DNA of 44,265 bases from Macrostomum lignano. Its lineage: Eukaryota. The position numbers and the translations under genes are program-made. Of the stretch, positions 1 through 13,094 are shown piece after piece. The DNA lies in assembly GCA_002269645.1 (NCBI GenBank), contig NIVC01002588.1:1-44265 (forward strand), written 5' to 3'. The notes beneath the pieces are model-generated. The model ran no database searches. It worked only from the letters and a program-made list of their open reading frames with translations, and was not told the DNA's origin. The first letter of the stretch is position 1, and each line of letters starts with the position of its first letter.

Positions 1-84
1 CACTTTTCGGTTACTTGTCCGAAAGCAGCTTTTAAGTGCCCAAAATTGGGAAACTTCAGCCTTCATCGTCAACTTACAACTTGA

Positions 85-382
85 AAGGTCATTGAAAGTG
101 ATTGAAAGGTTCGATTCTCGACCCAATCGAAACAATTTGTCCTTGAGCAAGACACTTAACTCTGCATTGCTTCAGTTCACCCAGCTGTAAAATGGGTGCC
201 AGCATTAGCTGAGGTAATTGAGGGTGTGCGTGGCGACCCCCAGTCCTTGGACTGAACAGCCGTACGCAGCCTTCAGATGCGCCGCGCAATAGCTGCAGCT
301 GAGCTGTGATCAATTATTGTACTTTAAGAGTGCACAATGTACGTGCCTACCCTCAAGATTCTATATAAGAAGCGTATTATAA
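85..382 (+). mobile_element. tRNA-derived SINE-like element (boundaries approximate)
   Basis: B-box-like GGTTCGATTCTC near 107-118, then GTCCTTGAGCAAGACACTTAACTC...CACCCAGCTGTAAAATGGGT (140-197), which resembles the conserved central domains of CORE/Deu-type SINEs. AT-rich tail TATATAAGAAGCGTATTATAATA at about 362-384. Confidence 0.55.
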
Positions 383-1370
383 TACTAAAGGAATCGTACT
401 ATACTACTCAAATTGAGGCAGTAGGAGGACGCAAATGAAATAAAAAAGCCTGGGAGACAACAGACCAGATCAAACAGACTGTTTAGTTGTTAAATATATA
501 AGACGAGAAACGACTTAACAGAATAGCAGAATAACTTTTTAAAGTGTTGCCAAAACAGGAACACACGGGGCGTGCTGAAACCTCAGACTTGTAGTAATAA
601 TAATTATTATAGCATACTCAACATTTTTGTAGCCTCAACAACAACAAATAAATCAGGGGGCGGGGGGCACAGACAACGGGTAGCGGAGAGACAACAGAGG
701 CTCAAGCCAGTCATCATTAACATCATCAGGATCGGTGTGTTTTATCAATATTGGGAGGGGGCCAAGTGCGACTCAGTAAGTTACTTTATAAACTTTATAA
801 GCATAAATAATAGTAATCATAATAACTATAATTATAACAGTATAAGAATCGTGAATAAACAAGCGATAATTATATATGAATATAAAGAGAGGAATATTAT
901 GCGAACAAGTGCGACATTGACACAGACGCTGACACCCAATAGCAGTGCGAGCCTAGACTAATAATTAATAATTAAATAACAGAATGAAAATTTATCAGAG
1001 AGGAAAGCGAGACAGAAAACGGAAAAGCCAAGCCGACTGCGAAATCAAATAAGATCTTATTTTAATGAAAACTGACAGAATTATAATTATAGTAGTTTCA
1101 GTAGTAGTAGTATTATTTGCAAATTTTGATCACAAAATATTTTAACAAATTAAACTTTGCACACAGCAAGAGTAACACAAACGGAACCGGATATTAAGTT
1201 GTTAATAGATAGATAGATAATCAAGGAAACAAAAAGATCAATCAAGGCGTACCTGTGTGTGTACGATAAAGCCTATAGAGTATCAAGCAGTTCCAAGTAG
1301 ACAGATGATTGATTATTATAATTATATGAACTAAAGCTCATTTGGAATAACTTATATTCTAGGTTCTACA

Positions 1371-1597
1371 TGGTGGTCCTAGGTTCGATCTCCAATGTGA
1401 CCGCACACTATTATTGGCTTTGTTTACAAACATACCTGTGGTGGTCCTAGGTTCGATCTCCAATGTGACTGCACCCTATTATTGGCTTTGTTTACGCACA
1501 TACCTGTGGTGGTCCTAGGTTCGATCTCCAATGTGACTGCACACTATTATTGGCTTTGTTTACAAACATACCTGTGGTGGTCCTAGGTTCGATCTCG
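1371..1597 (+). repeat. 68-bp tandem repeat, about 3.3 copies, containing a tRNA B-box-like motif
   Basis: GTGGTCCTAGGTTCGATCTC recurs at 1373, 1441, 1509 and 1577 (period 68). Confidence 0.9.
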
Positions 1598-2319
1598 GCT
1601 AACACACACATATTTTAGTTGGGTACTAAATTTACGCGATACAAATTACTAATTAAATAAACATGCCATATAACGATATTAATAGTTATAACAGTTTGAC
1701 GGCAGTCCAGCGCAACAAAAAAACTAAAATAAAAGATACTACTGCAAGTACTACACCGCTATGAAAAAGTAATAATTAAGCAATACCAGTGCCAACACAA
1801 ACAGATATAAGATGATAGAAAGCAAACACGCACAAAACCGGCTTTTCAGTTGCAGTAGGCAGGCAGGCAGAAGATCAGGGGGGACAAGACAAAACAACAA
1901 TAAAAATAAAGTTAGACTATTAAGCATTATCTTTTTGGAGGGGCTTGTGAGTGGAAAAGCACATTAAAGCCTTGCATATATTGTATTATAGTTAGTAATC
2001 TGACATAATTATAACCGATTGTTAACTAAAACACTAAGAATTAATAACTAATATATTGCTAATGAAATCACCGTAAATCTGTACCCAAAAATATTTATTA
2101 ATATTTTGTACGAACGTTAACACTCCGTCTGCAGGCGATTTGTTATTGGAAATTTTCGGCGAGCAACGAAACAGAAACAAAAGCAACAAAAAAGGGGACA
2201 GCCAGGGAAATGAAAGAGAGAGAGAGAACCGAGTGTCTGACTCCACCCACCGATTAGTTTTGCGTTAATAATAGTTTCAGTCAGTCAAGTTATTCAATCA
2301 CGGCTTCCAATCCAGTGCT

Positions 2320-5300
2320 TTAGTCGTCCTCGGCATTAACAATCTTGTCCTGCACTTTGCTGAAGTCGAATTTCTCGCCCATCAGGCGCTCGTAGACGTC
2401 CAGAACGTCACGGCAAGTGGTCTCAAAGTGCGTGGTGGCGTCGTAGCTCTTCGAGATGTACACCTGAGGGCGAGGAAGGGGGAGCATGATAGGATGGTTA
2501 TGGCTCCTCGAAATCCGCACATTTTACACCTGGGCCATTAAAAGCCGCACATTTTACACCTGGGCCATTAAAAGCCGCACATTTTACACCTGGTCCATTA
2601 AAAGCCGCACATTTTACACCCGGGCCATTAAAAGCCGTACATTTTACACCCGGGCCATTAAAAGCCGCACATTTTACACCTGGTCCATTAAAAGCCGCAC
2701 ATTTTACACCCGGGCCATTAAAAGCCGCACATTTTACACCTGGTCCATTAAAAGCCGCACATTTTACACCCGGGCCATTAAAAGCCGCACATTTTACACC
2801 CGGGCCATTAAAACCCGTATTTATATACCACACCTGGTCCATTAAAACCCGTATTTATATACCACACCTGAGTCATTAAAACCCGTATTTATATACCACA
2901 CCTGAGTCATTAAAACCCGTATTTATATACCACACCTGAGTCATTAAAACCCGTATTTATATACCACACCTGAGTCATTAAAACCCGTATTTATATACCA
3001 CACCTGAGTCATTAAAACCCGTATTTATATACCACACCTGAGTCATTAAAACCCGTATTTATATACCACACCTGAGTCATTAAAACCCGTATTTATATAC
3101 CACACCTGAGTCATTAAAACCCGTATTTATATACCACACCTGAGTCATTAAAACCCGTATTTATATACCACACCTGAGTCATTAAAATCCGTATTATACC
3201 ACACCTGAGCCGTGAAACTATAAAACGCTTAAGACACCACATTCGACAACAAAATTGCCTACCTTGGACTTTTCGCCACTATCGGTGGGCTCAAGCAGGT
3301 CGCTCTCCTTGTAGAAGATCTGATCGATCGGGCCAAGCAGGTTCAGGCCGGGTCGAAGCTCCTCACGCGGATTGGCCGTCTCAACGATGGTGGAAACCAT
3401 GGCGATGAAGTTCGGCTTGGAAGCCACGTTGTGAGCGTAGGAGACCGCGCACACGTAGATGTCTGAGGCAGCACGGAGTGTGGGGCTCATTCATTCTATG
3501 AGCTATAACTCTCTCTGCTGTCCACCTTTACCTCTACCAACTGATTCTCTCAATTTTCCTGCTGAGTCTCACCATCTACAATCTGATTCTCACCCTCTCT
3601 CCTTTGATTTTCACCCTCTCTCCTCTGATTCTCACCCTCTCTCCTTTGATTTTCACCCTCTCTCCTTTGATTCTCACCCTCTCTCCTTTGATTCTCACCC
3701 TCTCTCCTTTGATTCTCACCCTCTCTCCTTTGATTCTCACCCTCTCTCCTTTGATTTTCACCCTCTCTCCTCTGAATCTCAACCTCTTTTCTCTGATTCC
3801 CGCCCTCTTCACTCCAATTCTCCCCCTCTCCCTCTCCACTCTAATTCTTCCCCTCTCCCTCTCCACTCTGAGTCTCATCCTCTCCTATCTGATTCTCATC
3901 CTCCCATCTGATTCTCACCCTCCCATCTGATTCTCACCCTCTCCATCTGATTCTCACCCTCCTATCTGATTCTCACCCTCCCATCTGATTCTCACCCACC
4001 TATCTGATTCTCACCCTCCCATCTGATTCTCACCCTCTCCATCTGATTCTCACCCTCCCATCTGATTCTCACCCTCCCATCTGATTCTCACCCTCCCATC
4101 TGATTCTCACCCTCCTATCTGATTCTCACCCTCCCATCTGATTCTCACCCTCCCATCTGATTCTCACCCTCCTATCTGATTCTCACCCTCCCATTTGATT
4201 CTCCCCCTCTCCATCTGATTCTCACCCTCTCCTATTTGGTTCTTACATTCTCCCCTCTTTAGTCTTTATTCTCCCATTCGCCTCTGATCCATCTCCCCGC
4301 TGTTTTTCACGTATATTTATTGATAGCCAAATTCTTCACAAATGAAAAGTAATCAGTTAAACTAGCCCAAGCGAGACTGAAGGCGAAAAATTCTGCTTCC
4401 ACAAAAGGCGAAACGCAATATTGGGATTGGCCCGACCTTATCAAGCAGTGCTTTTGAACGAGGCCTGTTCTGAATTTCGAATTTATCGAGCAGCCAACTG
4501 CTGATAAAGCCCAGGAAAGAACCGCACACAAACCAATGCTTGTAGAAAAATGTACATAGACATACACAAAATATGCCTTTTTGTACACTCAACATAGGGC
4601 ACAACAAGCGCATAGCACTAACTGTCGATTTATGCATTAATTTCACCTGCTACCCAATTACCATTCCGCCTGTTTCCCAGCTTCCATACACCTGTTTCCC
4701 AGCTTCCATACACCTGTTTCCCAGCTTCTATACACCTGTTTCCCAGCTTCTATACACCTGTTTCCCAGCTTCTATACACCTGTTTCCCAGCTTCTATACA
4801 CCTGTTTCCCAGCTTCTATACACCTGTTTCCCAGCTTCCATTACACCTGTTTCCCAGCTTCTATACACCTGTTTCCCAGCTTCTATACACCTGTTTCCCA
4901 GCTTCCATTACACCTGTTTCCCAGCTTCTATACACCTGTTTCCCAGCTTCCATTACACCTGTTTCCCAGCTTCTATACACCTGTTTCCCAGCTTCTATAC
5001 ACCTGTTTCCCAGCTTCCATTACACCTGTTTCCCAGCTTCTATACACCTGTTTCCCAGCTTCTATACACCTGTTTCCCAGCTCCCATACCGGGTACACCT
5101 ATTTTTCAACTTCACTACACCTATATTCATTCCAGCTCCTGTACACCTGTTTCCCAGCTCCTGTACACCTATTTGCCAGTTCCCGTACACCTATTTGCCA
5201 GCTCCCGTACAACTATTTGCCAGCTCCCATACAACTATTTGCCAGCTCCCATACACCTATTTGCCAGCTCCCGTACACCTATTTGCCAGCTCCCGTACAC

Positions 5301-8300
5301 CTATTTGCCAGCTTTCAGTCCGCCTGTTTCTAACTTTTATTTTTTCTAAGAAAAACAAGCACTTTCTTGGAAACTACTCTTGAAAGAGATTATTGACATA
5401 CCGTTCTTCCTGTTGACCTGATTCTGCGGAATGATAATTTGGGCGGACAGTTTGTCCCCAGTGTCCGGGATTGGGTGCCGTAGGATGCAGATAGCCCGGA
5501 TAACGCTGCCAACTTTGCGCACCCGATCCGTGGCATAGTTGGGATCGCAGATGACAGCTTTGCACTTGGCCACCTGGCCTTCGGACTGCACGCCGGCTAC
5601 GGCGCCAGTCTCGTCGAAGACAATCTCAGCGTCCGGCTTGTTGAGCATGTAGGTGCCGCCGTACACGGCCGACAGGCGGGCGAAGCCTTGCGGCAGTTCG
5701 CCAAGGCCGTACATCGGGTACAGGTAGGGCGAGCTGCCGTACCTGGGGAAGAGGAGAGGGGATTGAAACCAAGGCTGCTGGACGCTGTAGACAGTCGACA
5801 AGCATTCGTGCCCATTCTGCTGACCCCTGAGAACGAGACCAGAGTTTCTCATCATCTCATCAAAGTAGTACGGAAACAAATCAAAGTAGATTTCAAGGAT
5901 ACATGTAGCTTATTAAAAAAACGTGTATTGCATTTCTTTGGCTCCCCAACACGGGCGTAGATTGCTAGTTTCCTGTACCTAAAAATCATAAAAATGCATG
6001 GCAGAGCTTGACTCTTTGGTTTCATGAATATATTTTATCTATCATCTCTGTTACACACAGTTAAATAGTCAGCTAAGAATGATAAAATAGGTTCATAAAA
6101 CCAATCAGCCGAGCGTGCAATTTTAATGGTTATTAGGCACAGGGCATGTACAATTGTACACATGCACCCACTGTGTGATCTTGGGAGGTTTAGTCCTAAA
6201 CGGACGTGAATCGCAAGTACAGGCCCCTCCCCTCTAACCAATTTTCGTGTACGCGAGAGAAAATTTGCAGGTGACGCTAATTTGTAGTTCATGTGTGCCT
6301 GCATTATCTGGGGATGACACTTTTAATGCTTTGTTACTAAAAAAAAGATAGCAAAAATTAATACTAGAAACTACTGTATACTATACTGTATACTATAAAA
6401 ACATAGTTTTAATAGAAAATTGGCTTGAATTCCAATTGTTAAAAATGCTGAAATACCGGCATATATTGTTTCTATTAGTTGTTCCGTACATTAAAGTGAT
6501 ATTAAAGTACACGGTATATAATATTTATAGTACAAGGTATACAATTTAAAGTACACAGTATACAATTTAAAGTACACAGTATACAATTTAAAGTACACAG
6601 TATACAACTTAAAGTACAAGGTATACTATTTAAAGTACACAGTATACAACTTAAAGTACATAGTATACAACTTAAAGTACAAGGTATACTATTTAAAGCA
6701 CACAGTATACTATTTAAAGTACACTGTATACTATTTAAAGTACACAGTATACTATTTAAAGTACACCAATTTTTAAAGGGTTTCCGATAGATAGCTTAGT
6801 ATTAAAACACACATAGTTACCTGGCCAGCGACTCGCTGTACAGCTTGATGCGCCTGATGGCTTCAATAGCCGGACTGCTCATATATCCGTCGTTAAGATA
6901 CAGGCAGATGGCGTGCCCAGTGAAATCGGTGGTGTTCTGGTCGACGCCGAATTTATCGTAGGCGGCCTTGACCGTGTCCTTGTGAATGTCGATGCCCTCC
7001 CAGGTGGCGCGGTTGTTCTCGTCAATGTTCTGCGCCCAGATGAGGAACTTGCGGAACCTGGATAAGGGGTGCGAGATTGAGAATGAAGTAAGCCAATTAT
7101 TAAATTTTTTGTTGGAAGACTTCAAATAATCTGAGGCTCGTTAGCTGCTTAACGCTTGGGGGAAGCAGGGAGTCAGTGACCCCTGAAGTATCGGAGGGTA
7201 GCAGGGAGTCAGTGACCCCTGAAGTATCGGAGGGTAGCAGGGAGTCAGTGACCCCTGAAGTATCGGAGGGTAACAGGGAGTCAGTGACCCCTGAAGTATC
7301 GGGAGGGTAGAGGGGAGTCAGTGACCCCTAAAGAATCGGAGGGTAGCAGGGAGTCAGTGACCCCTGAAGTATCGGGAGGGTAGCAGGGAGTCAGTGACCC
7401 CTAAAGAATCGGAGGGTAGCAGGGAGTCAGTGACCCCTGAAGTATCGGGAGGGTAGAAGGGAGTCAGTGACCCCTGAAGAATCGGAGGGTAGCAGGGAGT
7501 CAGTGACCCCTAAAGAATCAGAGGGTAGCAGGGAGTCAGTGACCCCTAAAGAATCATAGGGTAGCAGGGAGTCAGTGACCCCTGAAATATCGGGAGGGTA
7601 GAAGGGAGTCAGTGACCCCTGAAGTATCGGGAGGGTAGCAGGGAGTCAGTGACCCCTAAAGAATCAGAGGGTAGCAGGGAGTCAGTGACCCCTGAAATAT
7701 CGGGAGGGTAGAAGGGAGTCAGTGACCCCTAAAGAATCGGAGGGTAGCAGGGAGTCAGTGACCCCTGAAGTATCGGGATGGTAGAAGGGAGTCAGTGACC
7801 CCTGAAGAATCGGAGGGTAGCAGGGAGTCAGTGACCCCTAAAGAATCAGAGGGTAGCAGGGAGTCAGTGACCCCTAAAGAATCAGAGGGTAGCAGGGAGT
7901 CAGTGACCCCTGAAGTATCGGGAGGGTAGCAGGGAGTCAGTGGCCCCTGAAGTATCGGGAGGGTAGCAGGGAGTCAGTGACCCCTAAAGATTTGGGAGGG
8001 TAGCAGGGAGTCAGTGACCCCTGAAGTATCGGAAGGGTAGTAGGGAGTCAGCGACCCCTGAAGTATCGGAAGGGTAGTAGGGAGTCATTGACCCCTGAAG
8101 TATCAGGAGGGTAGAAGGGAGTCAGTGACCCCTGTAGTATCGGGAGGGTAGAAGGGAGTCAGTGACCCCTGTAGTATCGGGAGGGTAGAAGGGAGTCAGT
8201 GACCCCTGAAGTATCGGGAGGTATCAACGAGTCAGTGAAACAGAGAGAGAAACTGTACACATGCAGAATATTGTATAAATATTAAATTCTGACAAACCTT

Positions 8301-11300
8301 CGCTTCTCAAACATGCCCATAAGCGAGCTGGCTAGGGCCTCCTTCTCGTTGCACGGCACCTTGTGAATCTTGCCGCCCTTGTAAACGTAGCTACCCTCAA
8401 CGCTCTTGAACTCGAGGTAGCGAGTGACGCCAGTGAATAGCAGCAGCTTGACCAGGGCGCCGTTGGCCATGAGAAATTTGGGGATTAAGTCAACGTTCCA
8501 GTCACGGAATTTCTCCAAATAGGCTGGCGGATCGCCCATCTTGAACATGCCAAACAGGTCATTCAATGGCGTGATTGAAGCGCTGTCTCCGCCATAGTAA
8601 TTATTGCGGTCCATGTGCAGCACCTTCTTGCCACTGACTGACATCAGACCGCTGAGAATGCATTCCTGTTTGATATTTTTGTAGAGATGATAGTTTATTA
8701 ATAGTGTGGCACATGGGTTTTTAAGGATCAGAAATTGCCTGATTCTGGATCCAAACTTGCACATTAAAATTGTATCAGATATCATTACATTACTATTTAG
8801 TAATGTTGCAAGCTAACCCAAACTCTATATAAATTCTTTTATAATGCATTAGGCCTACAGTGTAGTTAGTTAATAACATACTAAGGCTATACAAAAACTT
8901 TTATTAATCTTATTTACACTATAAAAGGCTAGTAAAAAACCTAGTAAACTAAAACAATTTGTTTCAATCAAAACTTCAACCAAAAAATAGGTAATCTAAC
9001 CTCATTAAAAAACTAATAGAAAAAAAGTAAAACAAAGAATAAAAATTTCTGGAAAGATTGACACTTTAAATTTTAGGATTTTTTTGTTTTGAAAAGAATA
9101 TATTGTAAAAAGTTGGATGTATAGGCCTAAGTAATATTATTTTTGGTATACATTTTTCTTGCTTGCATAAAACAAAAAACTAGATTTTTTATCTTAGCAT
9201 AAGCCTGCCATGATCCAGACTATGATGTTGCCTTCTTTCTAATTTTACATTGCATGCAGCCTGTCAAGCCATTTTTAGTCTTAGTGAAAACTGGTTTGCA
9301 TTAAGTCTACAAATACTCTACTAAAGCCAAAGAAAAGTGGATTTAGCTAAATAGACACAAGGCCTTGTTTTGTTAAATAAGAAATACTTTTTTTAAAAAA
9401 AAATTTCAAATATTTTTAAATTTAACCATTTTATTCTTAGTATTTGTATAGCAAGTTTATCACTTTATTTAGATGGTATTTATTTTAAGTGTTGACCATA
9501 AAAATAACCATCTTACTATTTATATGGTCACAATAACAATAAAAACTGCCTAATGTTAAACTTACCATTATATATAAAAGTCAAAAGTAGTGATGGATCG
9601 AAATTATTTTTCAAATCGAAATCGAAATTAAAATTTTCGGTTCTTTAGAATTGAAATCGAAATCGAAATTTTTGAGCTTAACAAATTTTTACTTTTTCGC
9701 TAATCATGCAAAAAGGTTAACACCTTGCCTCTGCATGTATGAGCTTACATGTTTTATAAAAAGTATCTTTGATATGTTTAAACCAGAATACAGAAAGATT
9801 TAACTTACTTTAAAAATACGAAATAGAAAATGCTAGTGTATTATGTATTATACACTTGTACATAGAAATATAGTAGAAGTTGTATTATACTTATATCCAT
9901 TTCAAAAGTCTTTAGCTAATTAAAATCCACGCCGATGAGTTCAGCCAGTGGGCTTGTGGAGGTTGAGGTGGGTGCAGCACAAGGCCTGGAACAGAGTGTG
10001 TCCCGCACAATCTTTCTTGTAGAAAAGGCGATTCTCACCTCCCCACTGAGTCTTTGAACCGCACTTCCTTTCACTTCCTATAGATTTTCTTTCTCGTGTA
10101 GCATAATCATCAATGTCTAAATTGTTAAAATATAACCAAAATTTCGAAATGATTTTTGATGAATGGTGTCGAAATTCGAAATCGAAATCGAAATTATTTT
10201 GATGCAAAATTAGCTTCGAAATTTGGAATATCAAAATCGAAATCGAATTTCAATCCATCACTAGTCAAAAGCCTGTGATTCTTTCTGTACAAGTGCACAC
10301 AAGCATATACCTTTGGTAATGGCTAGAGTTCCAGCACTGGAACCCATTTTCTAATAGCTAGGGATCTAGCAGTGCCATATAGAAGCATATAAAGACTGCT
10401 AAGAACATATCTTAAGAAGTCTGAATACTAGAAACATCTCATCTTGAATTTTATCATATCATCTTAAATTTTAATCTAGAAAAAATCTTAATATTAGCCA
10501 CCTATAGAAAGAAAAATATAATGTTTTATCTATATTATAATGGCACTGCCGGCCATAGTCCGGATCATGTTGAATGCATGCCAGAAAAAAAATTGTGAAA
10601 AATTTGTTTGCACGCCAAGGATGCAGAGTTTTTTCAAATTGCACACCAGTTCACGCCAATGTTGCACATCAGGTAGCGCCAATAAAGGGGCAGCGTGATA
10701 GAGAATATAGGCAATTGTCGACTTCCGTGACTTGACTTGATAATATGGATAATAAATTTGTATAAAAAGACGTAACACATTTTTTGCTTTAAAGAGACAA
10801 ACTTGCTTCCATTTTTGTATTTACCAAAAAGCAATATTAAACAGAACAATTTATTTTTTTATAGTATTTACATTCCAATTTACAAAACTTAAAAATGTTT
10901 TTACAGATAACAGAACATTTTGTTTTAGTCATGCAAAGTCTGTTATTTAATTGGTTAATATTTATAATTGTACATACAGATACATGAAACACATATTTGA
11001 TCTCTTTTTTAATGCAATATACAATTGCACGCTAAACCATTGCCATCCATGCCATGCACGCCTTGCATGCCAAAGTGTATGCTAACCCCTTAAAATATAT
11101 ACCAATGCACGCCATGCATGCCAGCTGAAAGCAAATGCATGCCAGAAAATTCCGGGCGCACTACATGATCTGGACTATGGACTGCCTAATCTGTATCCAT
11201 TAGAAAATGGGTTCTAATGCCAGAACTCTAGGCATTGCCAATACCTTTACTAAAAGTATATAAACACAAGTATGCATAGAATTGACAATATATAATTATT

Positions 11301-11827
11301 TGCATATAAACATGTAACAACTTTGTGTAAGAAATCTATCCTAACTAGTAATAGGGCAAGACTGCTAGCTAAACAATTGATGAGCTTATTTGACTAATGC
11401 CAACTAAATAAAAAAGTTACATTTTTAATGGTATTAGCGAAATAGTGATGAGCTTATTTGACCAATGCTAGCTAAAAAAGCATTGCCATTTAAAATATCA
11501 CTATAATCTTATCAATAGACTATACACTCACTAGTCTAGATCTAGATAACTGATTTATCAAAAGTTAGACCTATTATTAGACAATTTTTTAGCTTTTATA
11601 TTTATATCTATTTGAAAACTTGCCACTTAAGTTTACTCTTGTCTTAGATTCCTGTGATGTCTAGTCATTTTTTTAGTGTTTGCAAATTACTTAGTAGTGA
11701 AGTCAGTGCAGTGGTAAATTACTGAATGACAATTTATAGTAAAAAAACTCAGCTACTAAAGAATGACAAAAACAAAAATTACCTTCAGTCCAGTACCCAA
11801 AACAATAATATCGTACTCGACATCCAT
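2320..11827 (-). CDS. GDI: Rab GDP dissociation inhibitor; coding exons 11827-11783, 8665-8298, 7057-6821, 5742-5402, 3462-3263, 2463-2320 (1335 nt, 444 aa)
   Basis: Joined translation [15 protein letters not shown]|[26 protein letters not shown]...[15 protein letters not shown]...|...[28 protein letters not shown]...|[14 protein letters not shown]...|[17 protein letters not shown] matches Rab GDI. All introns are GT..AG with consistent phases. A possible 5'UTR exon has a donor at 12141 and an acceptor near 11842 (weaker). Confidence 0.97.
2512..3208. repeat. Minisatellite in GDI intron 5: 30-bp unit switching to a related 34-bp unit
   Basis: AAAAGCCGCACATTTTACACC(T/C)GGGCCATT about 10 times, then AAAACCCGTATTTATATACCACACCTGAGTCATT about 11 times. 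Confidence 0.95.
3585..4235. repeat. CT-rich minisatellite (21-bp then 19-bp units) in GDI intron 4
   Basis: TGATTCTCACCCTCTCTCCTT units, then ATCTGATTCTCACCCTCCC units. Confidence 0.93.
4668..5315. repeat. 22-bp minisatellite in GDI intron 4
   Basis: ACACCTGTTTCCCAGCTTCTAT units drifting to ACACCTATTTGCCAGCTCCCGT. Confidence 0.93.
6523..6766. repeat. 21-bp AT-rich minisatellite in GDI intron 3
   Basis: TTTAAAGTACACAGTATACAA units. Confidence 0.9.
7166..8222. repeat. 36/37-bp minisatellite in GDI intron 2
   Basis: AGGGAGTCAGTGACCCCTGAAGTATCGGGAGGGTAGC, roughly 29 copies, no unique spacers. Confidence 0.95.
9588..10263. mobile_element. hAT-type MITE (676 bp)
   Basis: Terminal inverted repeats TAGTGATGGAT(C/T)GAAATT at both ends. 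Perfect 8-bp direct repeat GTCAAAAG at 9580-9587 and 10264-10271. Subterminal AAATCG repeats in inverted orientation. Confidence 0.9.
10315..11240. mobile_element. Older MITE with about 40-bp imperfect TIRs
   Basis: GGTAATGGCTAGAGTTCCAGCACTGGAACCCATTTTCTAAT versus the reverse complement of 11199-11239. ATACCTTT direct repeat at 10307-10314 and 11241-11248. Confidence 0.7.
10553..11180. mobile_element. MITE nested inside the 10315-11240 element
   Basis: Inverted ends CCATAGTCC(G/A)GATCATGT. Flanks ACTGCCGG / ACTGCCTA (6 of 8 match). A related end occurs near 9209-9224. Confidence 0.55.
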
Positions 11828-13094
11828 GACGATGTAAACACCTTAAAGCGATCTTTTAGAGAGTTAAACAGAAATTAATTTACATCGACTGAAGTAGCGC
11901 AATGATTCAGCTTGAAAAAAGATTTTTAACGCTGGGCTCAGATGTAAATAAATATAAGAAACACATAAAAAATTAAAAAACAGCATTTCATAAAAAATGT
12001 TACACAGAAATAGGGTTAATAGTTTAATTAGAAAATTCGATTACTAAGCGTCCTTTATGCGAGCTTATTCTTAGCTGTTTGTTTAAACTTATAGAATTAA
12101 TAAAACACCGTGAATAATTAATTATTTCAATATAGGCCTACCGTTGGACGACGGGCTGGGCACAAACAGTGGTATATATTACATTTTTTCTGTAAATAAT
12201 GGCGCATTTTTAAGTCTTTACCGTACTTAGTCACGAATTTGTCTTTTGTTTAATGATTTATTTGCAAGGTACAACGACAATTTTCGTTGAAAATATTCTT
12301 CGTGATCTCAGTTGGACAATTTGTCAAAATTTTGTGCGCCTTGAAGCATATGTCAATACAAAAAAAAATAAAATGTGTTTTATTTTTTAACACCATTTTT
12401 TATACTGAAGTTAAATCAATGAAACATCCTATTTGACAAATTGTCTTTTGATTAGGCCCTAGTATTTTCTAGCTCATCAATAAATAATTTTTGGCAGTAG
12501 GCGGTAGGCCTAGGCCCTAGCTTGTATACCATACCATTGCCTAGTATAGACAGTTGACAATTGTTTTGTCTGTTACCAGTTTAGGCCCCTATTTGCCACT
12601 CTTTTGTCTACAAAAAATAGGGGCCTATGATAGGCGGCATAGGCCTATTATCATTTTGTCTACTAGGTCCACAAAATAGGGCCTATTTAATATTAAGTAG
12701 GCCTAGATATATAGCCTAGGCCTAGGCAGGGGCGCGTCCAGAGTTTTCAGGATGGGGGGCCCAGTTAGGGCCCAGTAAAAACTTAAGGGGCAATACTAAC
12801 ATCTTGAATTGAGTTTTTTAATTATTATAAAAGCTAATTTTTACCAAAAAGTAAAAATGACATCCAAAAAAGATCTTGCAAAGAATGAATGCTATAGCTA
12901 AGTTGATTTAACTAACATTCTAAATGTTTTTTGCCCAAGAACACTTTTTAGGATTTGCAATTGGAAATTTTTTGAATAGAAAGCTGAACACAAATTCATT
13001 TAACTTTACAGTTTACTTTTCCTGGCAGATTTTCATCAAAAAACTCTGTTGGTTCATTTAATTATTGGCTAATTTCTGCAAAGTATATATTTTT

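Noticed and set aside
107-118. Functional tRNA gene at the B-box-like motifs (also 1381 and 29750)
   Set aside because: No A box with a cloverleaf can be built; better explained as SINE or satellite derivatives.
572-961. 129-aa ORF and other short ORFs in AT-rich DNA
   Set aside because: Non-ATG start, N/I-rich low complexity, no homology or splice support.
2486-5349. Repetitive ORFs (e.g. 2486-2845, 3459-3911, 4573-5349); also 29800-30651, 37912-38232, 39246-39894 upstream part, 42543-42938
   Set aside because: These are translations of tandem repeats that happen to lack stops.
7166-8222. CRISPR-like array (36/37-bp, partly palindromic repeats); likewise the 34-bp and 35-bp arrays
   Set aside because: Units are head-to-tail with no unique spacers, there are no cas genes, and they lie in spliceosomal introns.
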